A stretch of 64,000 nucleotides of DNA from assembly GCA_963667725.2 (NCBI GenBank), contig CAXXHO010000003.1, positions 1,536,001 to 1,600,000 on the forward strand, in the 5' to 3' direction. Below the pieces are notes generated by a model. The model was not told the origin of the DNA. It searched no databases and saw only the letters and a list, made by a program, of their open reading frames with translations. Shown piece by piece: positions 38,967-50,971 of the stretch (its first letter is position 1; each line of letters starts with the position of its first letter). This stretch comes from Treponemataceae bacterium. GTDB taxonomy: Bacteria; Spirochaetota; Spirochaetia; Treponematales; Rectinemataceae. The position numbers and the translations under genes were made by a program.

Positions 38967-39725
38967 ATGGAATTCCAATTGCGGCGTTTCGCGACGGTCG
39001 ATTCCACGATGGATGTCGCGAAAAGTCTCATCGCCCGCGAGGCAAACTCGAGGCTGATCGTCATGGCTGATGCGCAGACGGCGGGCAGGGGCAGGATCGA
39101 AGGCAGATTCTGGGAAGCCGGCCCCGGCACCTCGCTGCTCATGACCCTCTGCCTGAAAGGCGACTTTTCAGCCGCGGAAGCCCCCTCATTGAGGATCGGC
39201 CTTGCTGTCCATGATGTCCTGTCGAAGCATGCGCCCTCCCGCATCCTCATCAAATGGCCGAACGACATCCTGGGGCTGAGCCCCATCGAAGATGGCGCTC
39301 AGCCCCGCTTCAGGAAGCTGGGAGGCATCCTCTGCGAAACTACGGCTGGCTGGCTGCTGGCGGGCATAGGGATCAACCTGAGGAAGAAATCCTATCCCGA
39401 TGCGCTGAAGGAAAAGGCCACGAGCCTCGATGAAGTCGCCAGGACCATGCCGGAAACCGACAGGCTGGCCTCGGCCCTGGCGATAGCCATGGCGGAAGCG
39501 GCCGTGAGCCGGCTGGAGGACAAGGATTGGCGCGAGGATTACGAAAAGGCGCTGTGGGGTATCGGCGAGGAGATCGGTTTCATAGTCGGGCATCCCGAGC
39601 GCGGCGATCAGAAAAAAGGAATAATCCAGGGCATCGACAACTCGGGACGGCTTCTGCTTCTTGGGGAAAAAGGCGAAGCCGAGGCCTTCTGCTCTGGGGA
39701 GATTTCTAGCTTAAAGAGCGTTTAG
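38967..39725 (+). CDS. birA: Biotin--protein ligase (no HTH domain)
   Basis: DSTM, QTAGRGR, KWPND, KLGGIL, GIGIN. Confidence 0.92.
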   Translation: MEFQLRRFATVDSTMDVAKSLIAREANSRLIVMADAQTAGRGRIEGRFWEAGPGTSLLMTLCLKGDFSAAEAPSLRIGLAVHDVLSKHAPSRILIKWPNDILGLSPIEDGAQPRFRKLGGILCETTAGWLLAGIGINLRKKSYPDALKEKATSLDEVARTMPETDRLASALAIAMAEAAVSRLEDKDWREDYEKALWGIGEEIGFIVGHPERGDQKKGIIQGIDNSGRLLLLGEKGEAEAFCSGEISSLKSV

Positions 39726-39765
39726 CGGCCTAGAAAAAGGCCGCTTTGGAAAGGACCGCCCTAGA

Positions 39766-40692
39766 TCAGGCCACGAAACCGTCCTCCATCGCTTTGATCG
39801 CGAGAAGAAGGCTTTGGTTTATGGGCGCCGACAGTCCGCATTCGCGAGACTTTTCCACGACGACGCGGGCGAAGGCATCCACCTCCGTCTTCCGCCCCGC
39901 TTCCACATCCTGAAGCATGGACGTTTTGCCGCTTCCATTCAAATTGTCTATAGTCGCGAAGATTGTGTCGATATCCTCGGGGACGAGGCCTTTACCCAGG
40001 GCATCGGACAGCGCGATCACTTCCTTCATCGTCTCCGTCAGAAGCATCCTGGCAGGAAGGCTTTTCTGGAACAGGCCGTAAGAGCCGCGAATAAGGGCCG
40101 ACCATTGATTCAAGGCCACGTTTATCATGAATTTGTACCAGAGGACCCTTGCCATATCCGGAGGCGTTGTGTGCCGGATGTTGTGGGCATCGAAGAAGCG
40201 CGAAACCGACGTTATGCGATTTTTAGAAGCCTCCGGAAAGTCCTTTTCAAAGCCGAATCGAATTTCTCCCGGGGATTTGAATTCAATTCTGTTGCCCACC
40301 CTCAAGGCATCGATGGCGATTATTATGGCAAGAGGCACTTTTTCGCGGCCAAATTCGGCGCGAAGGATTTCTTCGCTCGATATGCCGTTGAGAAGCGAGA
40401 TGATTGTCGTGTCCGGACCTATGAAAGGGCGCATTTCCTCGATCGCCCCGGCCAGTCCGTCTGTCTTCACCGATACGATGGCGAGGTCGTAGGGGCCGTC
40501 GACGGTGGCGTCGGCGATCCGGAAAGAATAATGCTTTTGATTGACGATGAAGCCTTCGCGAAGATAGCGCTCCCTGCGTTCTCCCGCGGCGCAGAGGGCT
40601 ACCGCCTGGCTGTTCGCGTCGAACAGTATTGAGGCTACCGCTGCCCCGATGGCGCCGGCGCCGACGACCAGGGCTGATTTTATTTCCTTCAT
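39766..40692 (-). CDS. panE: Ketopantoate reductase family protein
   Basis: GAGAIG, VK, LNG, WYKF..N, TSMLQD, KTEVD. Confidence 0.88.
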   Translation of the reverse strand: MKEIKSALVVGAGAIGAAVASILFDANSQAVALCAAGERRERYLREGFIVNQKHYSFRIADATVDGPYDLAIVSVKTDGLAGAIEEMRPFIGPDTTIISLLNGISSEEILRAEFGREKVPLAIIIAIDALRVGNRIEFKSPGEIRFGFEKDFPEASKNRITSVSRFFDAHNIRHTTPPDMARVLWYKFMINVALNQWSALIRGSYGLFQKSLPARMLLTETMKEVIALSDALGKGLVPEDIDTIFATIDNLNGSGKTSMLQDVEAGRKTEVDAFARVVVEKSRECGLSAPINQSLLLAIKAMEDGFVA

Positions 40693-40706
40693 GCGTACTC
40701 CTGCGC

Positions 40707-41978
40707 TCAGATGCGGTATTTTCCCAGCCGGCCTTCGAGACGATTCGGGATTCTGCACCGGACGATCGTCCTGTCGTCCTCGGTCTTCTCATCGATGATG
40801 GAACCCTCTCGATGGATGAGGGGGATCAGGGAATATTCAGAATGCGGAATGGCGAGCAGGACTTCCTCCATATCGGAAGTAAGGCTTTTTTCTATGAGCA
40901 GCGCGAGACTGTCGAGTCCATGTCCCGTTTTGGCGGAGACGGCCAAGCCTTCGGGGTGCATTCGCTTCCACTGTTCCAGAGCCTCGGGTTCGGCTATATC
41001 GATCTTGTTGAGCACGAGAATCCTGGGCAGCTCGGCGGCGCCTATCTCGGAGAGGACTTTTTCGGTCGTCGCCATATGGATCTCCACTTCGGGATCGGAA
41101 GCGTCAGCGACGTGGATGAGGAGATCCGAAGCCGAGGCTTCCTCGAGCGTAGCCTTGAAGGCATCGACCAGGTTATGGGGGAGGTTGCGAACGAAGCCCA
41201 CGGTATCGGTGATGAGAAGCGTGGCTCCGGACTTGAGGATGAGCTTGCGCGTCGTCGGATCGAGGGTAGCGAAGAGCTTGTCCTCGGCGAGCACATTGGC
41301 CGTGGTCAGGGCGTTCAGAAGGCTGGACTTGCCCGCGTTCGTGTATCCGACGATGGCCGCCCTCGGCAGTTCGATGCGTTCCCGCCGCCTGCGCTGGACT
41401 TCGCGCGACTTTTTCACATCCTTCATTTCTTCCTTGATTTCATGAATTCTGTGTTCTATCGAGCGGCGGTCCAGCTCGATCTTCTGCTCGCCTGAACCCT
41501 TCGTGCCGTAGCGGCCGCCGCGCTGGCGGGAAAGGTCCTCGTAGGAATGAGCCAGCCGCGGCATGGCGAATTCCAGCTGAGCGAGTTCGACCTGGAGCCC
41601 GGCTTCCCTGGTCAGCGCCCTGGAGGAGAATATTTTAATGATGAGCTCAGCCCTGTCGTAGACTTTCTTGCCCGAAAGCTTCTCCCAGTTTCTCTGCTGG
41701 CTGGGGCTTATGGGGTGGTCGAAAACAATGGAATCCACGTTGTCCGATTTGGCGATGGCCACGATCTCGTCGGCCTTGCCGGTGCCTACGAGGAGGCTGG
41801 CCGTTTTTTCGCGGAGCTTGACGGAGATGGAGTCGACGACCTCGAGACCGAGAGTCTTGGCGAGGCTGCCGAGCTCATGAAGGAGGCTCAATGCCTCCTC
41901 TTTCTTGACCGCGTCGATTTCTATGCCGACGAGAAGCGCCCGCTCAGCCTTGGGGCGCGGATCGAAATATTCGTTCAT
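40707..41978 (-). CDS. hflX: Ribosome-splitting GTPase HflX
   Basis: [37 protein letters not shown]. Confidence 0.96.
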   Translation of the reverse strand: MNEYFDPRPKAERALLVGIEIDAVKKEEALSLLHELGSLAKTLGLEVVDSISVKLREKTASLLVGTGKADEIVAIAKSDNVDSIVFDHPISPSQQRNWEKLSGKKVYDRAELIIKIFSSRALTREAGLQVELAQLEFAMPRLAHSYEDLSRQRGGRYGTKGSGEQKIELDRRSIEHRIHEIKEEMKDVKKSREVQRRRRERIELPRAAIVGYTNAGKSSLLNALTTANVLAEDKLFATLDPTTRKLILKSGATLLITDTVGFVRNLPHNLVDAFKATLEEASASDLLIHVADASDPEVEIHMATTEKVLSEIGAAELPRILVLNKIDIAEPEALEQWKRMHPEGLAVSAKTGHGLDSLALLIEKSLTSDMEEVLLAIPHSEYSLIPLIHREGSIIDEKTEDDRTIVRCRIPNRLEGRLGKYRI

Positions 41979-42976
41979 ACATCTCCGATTGTGGCTACCA
42001 TGACCGCCTTGATGGTATGGAGCCTGTTTTCCGCCTGATCAAAGACGACGGAATGGCGTGAACGGAAGAGTTCATCCGACACTTCCATCTCGCCGATGCC
42101 ATGCTTTTTCTCGATATCCTGGCCCACGGCGGTCTTCGTATCATGGAAGGCCGGCAGGCAATGCAGGAAGACGACATCGGGATTCCCGGTTTTCCTCGCG
42201 AAATCCATGGTGACGCGGTAGTCCTGGAGCTGGGCGATGCGTTCGGCGAACTTCGCTTCCTCGCCCATCGAAACCCATACATCGGTGTAGAGCACATCGG
42301 TTCCGGCCAAGGCCTTATCCACGTTCTCGATGCTGAAGAATTCGATGCTGCCGCCGGTCTTCTCGGCTACCTTGCGCATCTCGGCCGTAAGCGTCTCATT
42401 CGGCCAGAGTTCCTTCGGCGCGAGCGCCACGAAACGCATGCCCATCTTGGCGCTACCGATCATGAGCGCGTTGCCCATGTTGTTCCGCGCGTCGCCGCAG
42501 TAGACCATCTTCACCTTGTTCAGGGGTTTGTGGACATGTTCTTCGATCGTGAGAAGATCGGCGAGGATCTGGGTCGGGTGATCGTCGTCGGTGAGGCCGT
42601 TCCACACGGGCACGCCCGAATATTTCGCGAGATCCTCCACGAGTTTCTGCGAAAATCCCCTGTACTGGATTCCGTTGTACATGCGTCCCAGCACCTTGGC
42701 TGTGTCCTCGACGGATTCTTTTTTGCCCATCTGCGAATTTGTGAGGAAGGTGGCGTTGCCCCCTTCGTCCCAGCAGGCGGTTTCGAAGGCGCAGCGCGTC
42801 CTGGTCGAGGCCTTGTCGAAAATGAGCACTATATTCTTGCGGTATAAGGCGTTCCCGGGGATTCCGGCTCGCTTTTTAGCTTTCAGGTCATGGGACAGGT
42901 CGAGAAGATAGCGGATTTCCTCGGGACTGAAATCCTTGAGCGTGAGGAAGCTGCGACCCTTGAGATTGACGGGCAT
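41975..42976 (-). CDS. argF: Ornithine carbamoyltransferase
   Basis: [32 protein letters not shown]. Confidence 0.95.
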   Translation of the reverse strand: MPVNLKGRSFLTLKDFSPEEIRYLLDLSHDLKAKKRAGIPGNALYRKNIVLIFDKASTRTRCAFETACWDEGGNATFLTNSQMGKKESVEDTAKVLGRMYNGIQYRGFSQKLVEDLAKYSGVPVWNGLTDDDHPTQILADLLTIEEHVHKPLNKVKMVYCGDARNNMGNALMIGSAKMGMRFVALAPKELWPNETLTAEMRKVAEKTGGSIEFFSIENVDKALAGTDVLYTDVWVSMGEEAKFAERIAQLQDYRVTMDFARKTGNPDVVFLHCLPAFHDTKTAVGQDIEKKHGIGEMEVSDELFRSRHSVVFDQAENRLHTIKAVMVATIGDV

Positions 42977-43141
42977 GTGGTCCTCCAGAATGCGAAGTGG
43001 TTGCCGCATTGCCATACGGCGGCAATGATCCTATATATACCATGCGAAGTCCCGGGTCAAGTACGCGGGCACCTATGAAATATCATAATTATTTACCCAG
43101 AAGCGAATAAAATTGCATCAACTCTCCAGACCTCATGGCGT

Positions 43142-43170
43142 TTGACTCATCAGCCCTCCTTGGCTATACT
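43142..43170 (+). promoter_or_regulatory. Sigma-70 promoter of the aminotransferase gene
   Basis: TTGACT-17 nt-TATACT. Confidence 0.75.
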
Positions 43171-43217
43171 AGCTTCTGCGTTCCATCGGTTCATGGAACA
43201 CTCCAAAAGGAGCTGTC

Positions 43218-44588
43218 ATGACGCTCACACTATCCAACCTGGCAAAGGCAGTCATTGATTCGCAGTACGCGGTGCGGGGGCCTATCGTCGCCCGGGCGCA
43301 GGAACTCGAACGGACAGGCCGGAAGATAATTTACTGCAATATCGGAAACCCCCAGGCCCTGGGACAGAAACCGCTGACCTACGTGCGTCAGGTTCTCGCT
43401 CTGACCGAATGGCCTGAGCTTGCGTCGAAGGCTTCCGAAGCCTTTCCCGAGGATATCCTGGCGACGGCGAAAACCATAATGACCGAATCCAAAAGCGGTC
43501 TGGGCGCGTACTCGGAATCCAAGGGGCTGAAGTTCGTCAGGAAAGCCATCGCGGAGTTCATACAAGAGCGGGATTCCGACGAGGCGCTCGCCGTCAAAGC
43601 CGACCCCGAGCATATTTATCTCACCGATGGCGCCTCCAAAGGCGTCCAGACCGCGCTGCGCTGCGTCATCGCTTCCGACCGCGACGGCGTCATGGTTCCC
43701 ACGCCCCAGTATCCTCTCTATTCGGCAGCGATCACTCTCTATGGCGGCGTGCAGGTGGGATATTATCTGGATGAGGCTTCCGGCTGGAGTCTTTCCCGCT
43801 GCATGCTCGACGAAGCTTATGCCAAGGCGCGAAAAGAGGGCACGAAGGTCAAGGCCATCTGCGTCATCAACCCCGGCAACCCCACCGGCTCGGTGCTTTC
43901 GCGAGACAATATCGCCATGGTCATCGGTTTCGCGAAGGAACACGGACTTTCCGTGCTCGCCGACGAAGTATACCAGAAAAACACCTATAGGGCTGAGGAC
44001 CGCTTTACCTCCTTCGCGAGAGTGCTTACCGAACTGGGCGAAAAGGAGGTGAGCCTTTTCAGCTTCCACTCATGTTCGAAGGGCTACCTCGGCGAATGCG
44101 GCCAGCGCGGCGGCTATATGGAAGTGAGGAACCTGGCCGAGGACGTCATCGCCCAGATCACGAAGCTCCAGTCCATCGCCCTCTGTTCCAATCTGCCGGG
44201 ACAGGTCCTCGTCTACCTGCTGGTGCGTCCGCCGCGCCCGGGCGATCAGTCCTACGAGCTTTTCATAAGCGAACGCGACGGCGTGATAGACGCGCTGAAG
44301 CGACGGGCGGCGCTTCTCGCGGAAGGCCTGGACAGCATTCCCGGCTATTCCTGCCAGCCCATCACGGGCGCCATGTACGCCTTCCCGACGATCACCCTGC
44401 CCGCCGGGCGGAACGACGACGAGTATTGCCTCGCCCTTCTCGAAAAGACAGGCATCTGCGTCATTCCGGGAAGCGGTTTCGGGCAGCTACCCGGTACGGC
44501 CCATTTCAGGACGACAATTCTACCCCCTCTCGAACAGATAGAGGAAGTGGTGAGCAAGATCAGGGAATTCCACCTTTCGTGGCGATAG
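43218..44588 (+). CDS. PLP-dependent aminotransferase class I/II, alanine aminotransferase-like
   Basis: YAVRG, CNIGNPQ, GAYS, TDGAS, PQYPLYS, INPGNPTG, ADEVY, FHSCSKG, GECGQRGGY. Confidence 0.9.
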   Translation: MTLTLSNLAKAVIDSQYAVRGPIVARAQELERTGRKIIYCNIGNPQALGQKPLTYVRQVLALTEWPELASKASEAFPEDILATAKTIMTESKSGLGAYSESKGLKFVRKAIAEFIQERDSDEALAVKADPEHIYLTDGASKGVQTALRCVIASDRDGVMVPTPQYPLYSAAITLYGGVQVGYYLDEASGWSLSRCMLDEAYAKARKEGTKVKAICVINPGNPTGSVLSRDNIAMVIGFAKEHGLSVLADEVYQKNTYRAEDRFTSFARVLTELGEKEVSLFSFHSCSKGYLGECGQRGGYMEVRNLAEDVIAQITKLQSIALCSNLPGQVLVYLLVRPPRPGDQSYELFISERDGVIDALKRRAALLAEGLDSIPGYSCQPITGAMYAFPTITLPAGRNDDEYCLALLEKTGICVIPGSGFGQLPGTAHFRTTILPPLEQIEEVVSKIREFHLSWR

Positions 44589-44598
44589 GAGACTAATC

Positions 44599-44874
44599 AT
44601 GGAAATGAAAGCCAGTCATATTCTCATCAAGGACAGGGCCTTGGCCCAGGAGCTTCTCAAGAGGATCAAGCAGGGCGCCAACTTCGAAAGCCTGGCGCGT
44701 GAACATTCGACCTGTCCCTCGAAGTCATCGGGGGGAGATCTCGGCTGGTTCGGGCCGGGGAAGATGGTCCCTCCCTTCGAATCGGCCTGCAAAGGCCTGG
44801 GCGTGGGCTCGATATCCGATGTCGTCCAGACCCAGTTCGGCTATCACATCATAAAGCTGACGGGACGCCGCTGA
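44599..44874 (+). CDS. ppiC: Parvulin-type peptidyl-prolyl isomerase
   Basis: ASHIL, HSTCPS, GGDLGWF, MVPPFE, TQFGYHII. Confidence 0.93.
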   Translation: MEMKASHILIKDRALAQELLKRIKQGANFESLAREHSTCPSKSSGGDLGWFGPGKMVPPFESACKGLGVGSISDVVQTQFGYHIIKLTGRR

Positions 44875-45591
44875 TCAGATTTTTTTCAGCTGCGCGATCA
44901 GGGCGCTCATATCCTTGGGCAGGGGAGCGCTCATGTCGATTTTCTTCCTGGTCACGGGATGGGTGAAAGCGAGCCTTTCGGCATGGAGGCCGGTGCGTTC
45001 CAGCAGAGGCCTCTCATCGAAAAGATCCCCTTTCCATTTGCGCTTGATCTGCGAAAGAAGGACGGGTTTACCGTCGCCGTAGAGCGGATCAGAGACTATC
45101 GGATAGCCGGTGGCCGCGCAGTGCACCCTGACCTGATGCGTTCTCCCCGTTTCCGGACGTACCTGCACGAGGGAAAAATCCCTGAACCTTTCGAGTGTCG
45201 TGAAGTGGCTGTATGCCGCCTTGCCCCGCTTCGAGTCCACGATGGTCCTGTGAAGCCTGTCGGCATCGGCCAGCAGCGGATCGTCGCAGTCCCATTCATC
45301 CTTTTCCGTCCTGCCTCTCACGATGGCGAGATACGATTTCTCCACGGTCCTCGAAAGAAACTGCGAGTTGAGAATCCTGTGGGATTCGACGTCTCTGGCA
45401 TAGAGAAGGACGCCGGAGGTGTCCTTGTCGATCCTGTGGACGACAAGGAGATGCCCGAAATCCTTCTCCAGGTAGGAAAGCGCGACCGGAGCGTCCGGGT
45501 CGTATCGATCGGGAATCGACAGGAGACCAGCGGGCTTGTTTATGATGACGATCGACTCGTCGGAAAATAAAATCTGTGGGCTGTTTATCAC
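44875..45591 (-). CDS. RluA-family pseudouridine synthase
   Basis: NKPAG, HRIDKDTSG, TGRTHQVRVH, DPLYG, LHA. Confidence 0.93.
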   Translation of the reverse strand: MINSPQILFSDESIVIINKPAGLLSIPDRYDPDAPVALSYLEKDFGHLLVVHRIDKDTSGVLLYARDVESHRILNSQFLSRTVEKSYLAIVRGRTEKDEWDCDDPLLADADRLHRTIVDSKRGKAAYSHFTTLERFRDFSLVQVRPETGRTHQVRVHCAATGYPIVSDPLYGDGKPVLLSQIKRKWKGDLFDERPLLERTGLHAERLAFTHPVTRKKIDMSAPLPKDMSALIAQLKKI

Positions 45592-45674
45592 GCCCTCACT
45601 TTAGCATATCGGGCGTTTTTTGGAAACCTGTGGTTTCCGCGGTTTTCGGTCCACGCGCGACGGGAACTCGATTT

Positions 45675-46103
45675 TCAGGCAAAAATATCCCTCGCACGCC
45701 GCGAAACCTTGTCCAGCATCCTGCGCAGCGCGGCCCTCTCCTCCGAATCCAGCACATCGAGCGCGTCGCCCATGGATTCGGGCGCGAAGAGCCTCGCGGC
45801 GTCTATCCTGTCCAGGAGTTCCTCCCCCTGTCCGGTCAAACCAAGGCGGGCGGAACGCCTGTCCCTGACCACGGAGATGCGGCGCAGCCAGCCTTTCTGA
45901 ACGCACTTGAGCGCCACCAGGCTGAGCGTAGGCTTGTCCATGCCGAGTTCCGAAGCGGCCGCCGACAGGTTCAGCGCCCCCATCCGCCACGCCAGTCTGA
46001 CCAGATAAAACTGATGAAAGGTTATGCCGAATGGCATGAGAGCCTGCCCCACCCTTCTCCGCCAAAGCGCAAAGGCCATGCCCATGAAAAGATACTCGTC
46101 CAT
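45675..46103 (-). CDS. MarR-family regulator
   Basis: GITFHQF, winged HTH, DRR..LGLTGQG. Confidence 0.85.
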   Translation of the reverse strand: MDEYLFMGMAFALWRRRVGQALMPFGITFHQFYLVRLAWRMGALNLSAAASELGMDKPTLSLVALKCVQKGWLRRISVVRDRRSARLGLTGQGEELLDRIDAARLFAPESMGDALDVLDSEERAALRRMLDKVSRRARDIFA

Positions 46104-46156
46104 ATAGTTAGTATACGAAACATTTTACATTTTTACTAGTTTATTCTTAAAAGATC

Positions 46157-46185
46157 TTGTCATTCGGCCCGATTATGGGTATCTT
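46157..46185 (+). promoter_or_regulatory. Sigma-70 promoter of groEL
   Basis: TTGTCA-17 nt-TATCTT; no CIRCE element seen. Confidence 0.6.
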
Positions 46186-46218
46186 CAAGGCGACCTCACA
46201 GGTCACCAATCCATTTAG

Positions 46219-47889
<1,671 letters not shown>

Positions 47890-47909
47890 GCCCAACTTAA
47901 CTTGAAATG

Positions 47910-47940
47910 AAGGCAGCGTCCGCAAGGGCGCTGCCTTTTT
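47910..47940 (+). terminator. Intrinsic terminator of groEL
   Basis: aaggcagcgtcc-GCAA-gggcgctgcctt plus Ts. Confidence 0.88.
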
Positions 47941-48067
47941 ATAGGCCGCGCCGCCCATACCGACCATGCCGCTACGGAAAAACGCGGAAGCCGAGGCGTG
48001 CGCGCCGCCAATCGCTTCGCGATTGGCGAGGAATGTGCGGAATGGATTGAATAGGATGTTTTAGATT

Positions 48068-48102
48068 AAAAAAACAGGAACTTCGGAGTTGCAGCTCCGA
48101 AG
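48068..48102 (-). terminator. Probable terminator for the DUF4256 gene
   Basis: cttcggag...ctccgaag hairpin with an A tract on its left (T tract on the minus strand). Confidence 0.55.
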
Positions 48103-48146
48103 CCCCTAGGATGATCGCCGTATTTATTATCGCTTTCTTGACAGCC

Positions 48147-48725
48147 TTACACCCTCAACAAGCCGCGAAAACCCCGAACGCCATAGTAGGATTCGGCGCC
48201 GTTGTGATACACGAAGACTCTGTCATAGCGGCGATCGCCAAAAATCGCTCCCCCGAGTTTTCTAATCTCGGAAGGAGTCTTAAGCCAGCTTGAAGTTTTC
48301 GTATCGAATTCTCCCAATTCCTGAAGCTTCCGGTACTGGTCTTCAGTCAACAGCTCAATTCCCAGGGCGGCTGCCATATCGACCGCGGTATTTTCCGGTT
48401 TATGCTCTTTTCTTGACTCGAGACCTTCGCGGTCATAACAGATACTTCTTCGCCCTTTGGGACTTTCATCCGAGCAGTCGCAAAAAATGTATTCATCCAA
48501 TGCTTTGTCGAATCCTATGACATCAGGCTCGCCGCCTGACTTTTCCATTTCGTTCAGCGACCAAAGCTTTTCAGGACTTGCGGCGATTTTCGCCAGGACT
48601 TCGATCCAATGCATATCCTTATGACGGTTCATGTATTTGTCGAATCGGGACTTCAACGAATTTAACAATATCTCCTGCTGCCCCGGAGTAATGCTTTTTA
48701 GGCCGCTTATCATCTCCTCCTTCAT
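48147..48725 (-). CDS. DUF4256-family protein
   Basis: EMEKSGGEPD, DCSDESPKGRRSICYD, KTSSWL, YHNGAESYY..RGFRG. Confidence 0.85.
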   Translation of the reverse strand: MKEEMISGLKSITPGQQEILLNSLKSRFDKYMNRHKDMHWIEVLAKIAASPEKLWSLNEMEKSGGEPDVIGFDKALDEYIFCDCSDESPKGRRSICYDREGLESRKEHKPENTAVDMAAALGIELLTEDQYRKLQELGEFDTKTSSWLKTPSEIRKLGGAIFGDRRYDRVFVYHNGAESYYGVRGFRGLLRV

Positions 48726-48849
48726 TCATCGTCTTCTGCGAATATAACACTTATATAATATATTCATAAAAGACTTGGAGATCGAGCCAAAAGCCGGCCG
48801 AATTCGGCAAGAACCGTCGCCATGAGCCTCTAGATAACTCTTTTGATCC

Positions 48850-50904
48850 CTAGCACTTTCTCTCCCCATCGATGTCCGCGAAATCGACCATGAGGCTTCT
48901 GCCGTCCCGCAGCTGGAGGCGGACGCCCAGAGCCGAATAGCTCGGAGTGATGTCCATTATCTCGATGGACTTGACAGGGTCCAGTTCCTCATCGGTCCAG
49001 GATCCATCGTCCGTTCTGTGCAATAGGACGCTTATCATGAGTTCCATGGCGGGGTTCTTGGTCAAACGCTTCTTATGGGCGTAGACGACGGTACTTTCGT
49101 CGGTTTCGGCATTGCGCCCTGAATGGACCAGCGTCGCGAGATCGTCCCAGCCTGAGTAAGCCACGATAGCGACGCGTCTGCCGGGAATGGCGGCGGTGAG
49201 AACCTTGCGTCGGGCATTGGCAAAGGTTCGCGTGAGCGCGGGCTTGCCGTTCAGATGGGGCAAGCCGTAGCATCCCAGGGTCAGTTCATGTTCGAAGGCC
49301 AGGCGCGATCTGTCCACGCGCAAGACCCCGCCGGGAATGCAGACCTCGGCCAAGTCGATGATGTAGCCCACGCCGTTGTTGGGCGGCTGGCGCATGATAG
49401 CCTGGCGGTACAGGACTTCTCCGCGGATACCGTTGTACACCATGCTTTTCGAGGTAGTGTAGTCGGCCTTCGCGGCCGCCTCATTCTTGATAGTCTTGCC
49501 CGTGAGGTAAAAATTGATGTCATCGCCCCGCAGATCCCGGGGATCCAGGCTTCGGAAGGCGTATTCCATGGCTGTACCGCCCTCAGGATCATGGTCCTCC
49601 CAGGGGAAATAGGTGTTGTAGGCCAACTTGGAATAGTTGGGATCGTCGTAGTAGGTCTTTCCAGGCACTATTTCGGAAGCTCCCGTCTTGCCGTGGTTCA
49701 CCAGGATGAGACCGGGCTTTTCTAGCACCGATACCTTGGAGGCCTCTCCGAGCTCAGGCCAGAATCCCTCGTTTTCGGTGGCCGTCCAGAAGGGCGAATC
49801 GTCGGGCAGGGCCAGGCAGATGAAGGGCAGGAACATGAGGAAGGGGCTGCCGGGGCAGGAGTAGTTCTGGACCATGTACTCCTTGTGCCCGTAGAAGCCC
49901 AGTGCGGGGATGTCGTTGAAGTAGAAATCCTCGCGGGATACGAACTGGAGTATGGAACCGGAGCAGAGGCGCCTCGCCCAGCCCGGATCCAGGGGCGAGC
50001 CGCCTTTGAGCATGAATGAGACGGGGAAACCGCCCGAAATCCAGGTGCGGTAGCAGATCGAGCGGGCCCACATGTTGATGTAGCCGTCCCGGGCAAAAAA
50101 GTTCGGATAGGTCTTCATCATCTCATGGGCCGAGCGCTCTATCGTGGCCGCGATTTCAGGATAGTGCTCGTCGCCGAAGGCCCGGTTCCAGATGGTGCCG
50201 TACACGATGAAGAGGCTGATCGTGTAGTAGTTGTAGGTCTGCTCCAGGTACCAGCCTTCGCCGGAATGATAGGACACCACCCATAAGAGATGGCTTTTGA
50301 GCAGCTCATCGTCGATCTCGTATCCCTGCTTTTTAAGGAAGGAGAGGGCCACCAGGTTGAATATGCGCCAGTTGTTCTGAGTCGTCCGGTGATGGGCCCA
50401 GGCCGATATGCATACGGCCATTTCGTCCTTCTGCGCTTTCGTGAAATATGGCCAGATCACGTCGGGCAGTAACAGGAGTGTTTTGAGGAGGCCACCGAAT
50501 TCGCAGGTGAACTGGTAGGTGGCATCGGGCATGTCGTCGGGCAGGGGCAAGGATTGGGGATTGCCGGGGGTGAACATCTTATAGAGCTGGTTGCAGTAAT
50601 AGTCCCGCAATTTGATGCCCCGTATCTCTACTTCGGGCTCCACGTGCATGAGGGGGGCGGCCAGGGTCAGGCTCCGCTCCAAAGACTCGAACTCGTGGGA
50701 GCGGAAGCGCCAGGGCGGGGAATCAGCCTGGGGATAAGTCTTGCCGGGGACGATAGGAAAGGCGAAGGGAGCATCTTTGTCCACCACATGGGTAAAGGCC
50801 CGTTCCAGAAGGTACTTGGCGCACTCGATATAGTGCTTCTTTGTCATACCTGTAAAAGGGCTTGCGCTGAAATCCGGGTTCTTCACGCTGAAGGCTGCAT
50901 CCAT
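48850..50904 (-). CDS. DUF2264-family protein (possible glycoside hydrolase)
   Basis: SPFTGMT, NNW..F, GEGWY, RSICYR, QNYS..GSPF, YSKLAYNT.FP; no signal peptide. Confidence 0.75.
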   Translation of the reverse strand: MDAAFSVKNPDFSASPFTGMTKKHYIECAKYLLERAFTHVVDKDAPFAFPIVPGKTYPQADSPPWRFRSHEFESLERSLTLAAPLMHVEPEVEIRGIKLRDYYCNQLYKMFTPGNPQSLPLPDDMPDATYQFTCEFGGLLKTLLLLPDVIWPYFTKAQKDEMAVCISAWAHHRTTQNNWRIFNLVALSFLKKQGYEIDDELLKSHLLWVVSYHSGEGWYLEQTYNYYTISLFIVYGTIWNRAFGDEHYPEIAATIERSAHEMMKTYPNFFARDGYINMWARSICYRTWISGGFPVSFMLKGGSPLDPGWARRLCSGSILQFVSREDFYFNDIPALGFYGHKEYMVQNYSCPGSPFLMFLPFICLALPDDSPFWTATENEGFWPELGEASKVSVLEKPGLILVNHGKTGASEIVPGKTYYDDPNYSKLAYNTYFPWEDHDPEGGTAMEYAFRSLDPRDLRGDDINFYLTGKTIKNEAAAKADYTTSKSMVYNGIRGEVLYRQAIMRQPPNNGVGYIIDLAEVCIPGGVLRVDRSRLAFEHELTLGCYGLPHLNGKPALTRTFANARRKVLTAAIPGRRVAIVAYSGWDDLATLVHSGRNAETDESTVVYAHKKRLTKNPAMELMISVLLHRTDDGSWTDEELDPVKSIEIMDITPSYSALGVRLQLRDGRSLMVDFADIDGERKC

Positions 50905-50971
50905 CGGTCCACTCTCCTTTAATCGCGCGGTATCACCGTAGTATATGACAGTCTTGTAGAGGACAGTCTTG

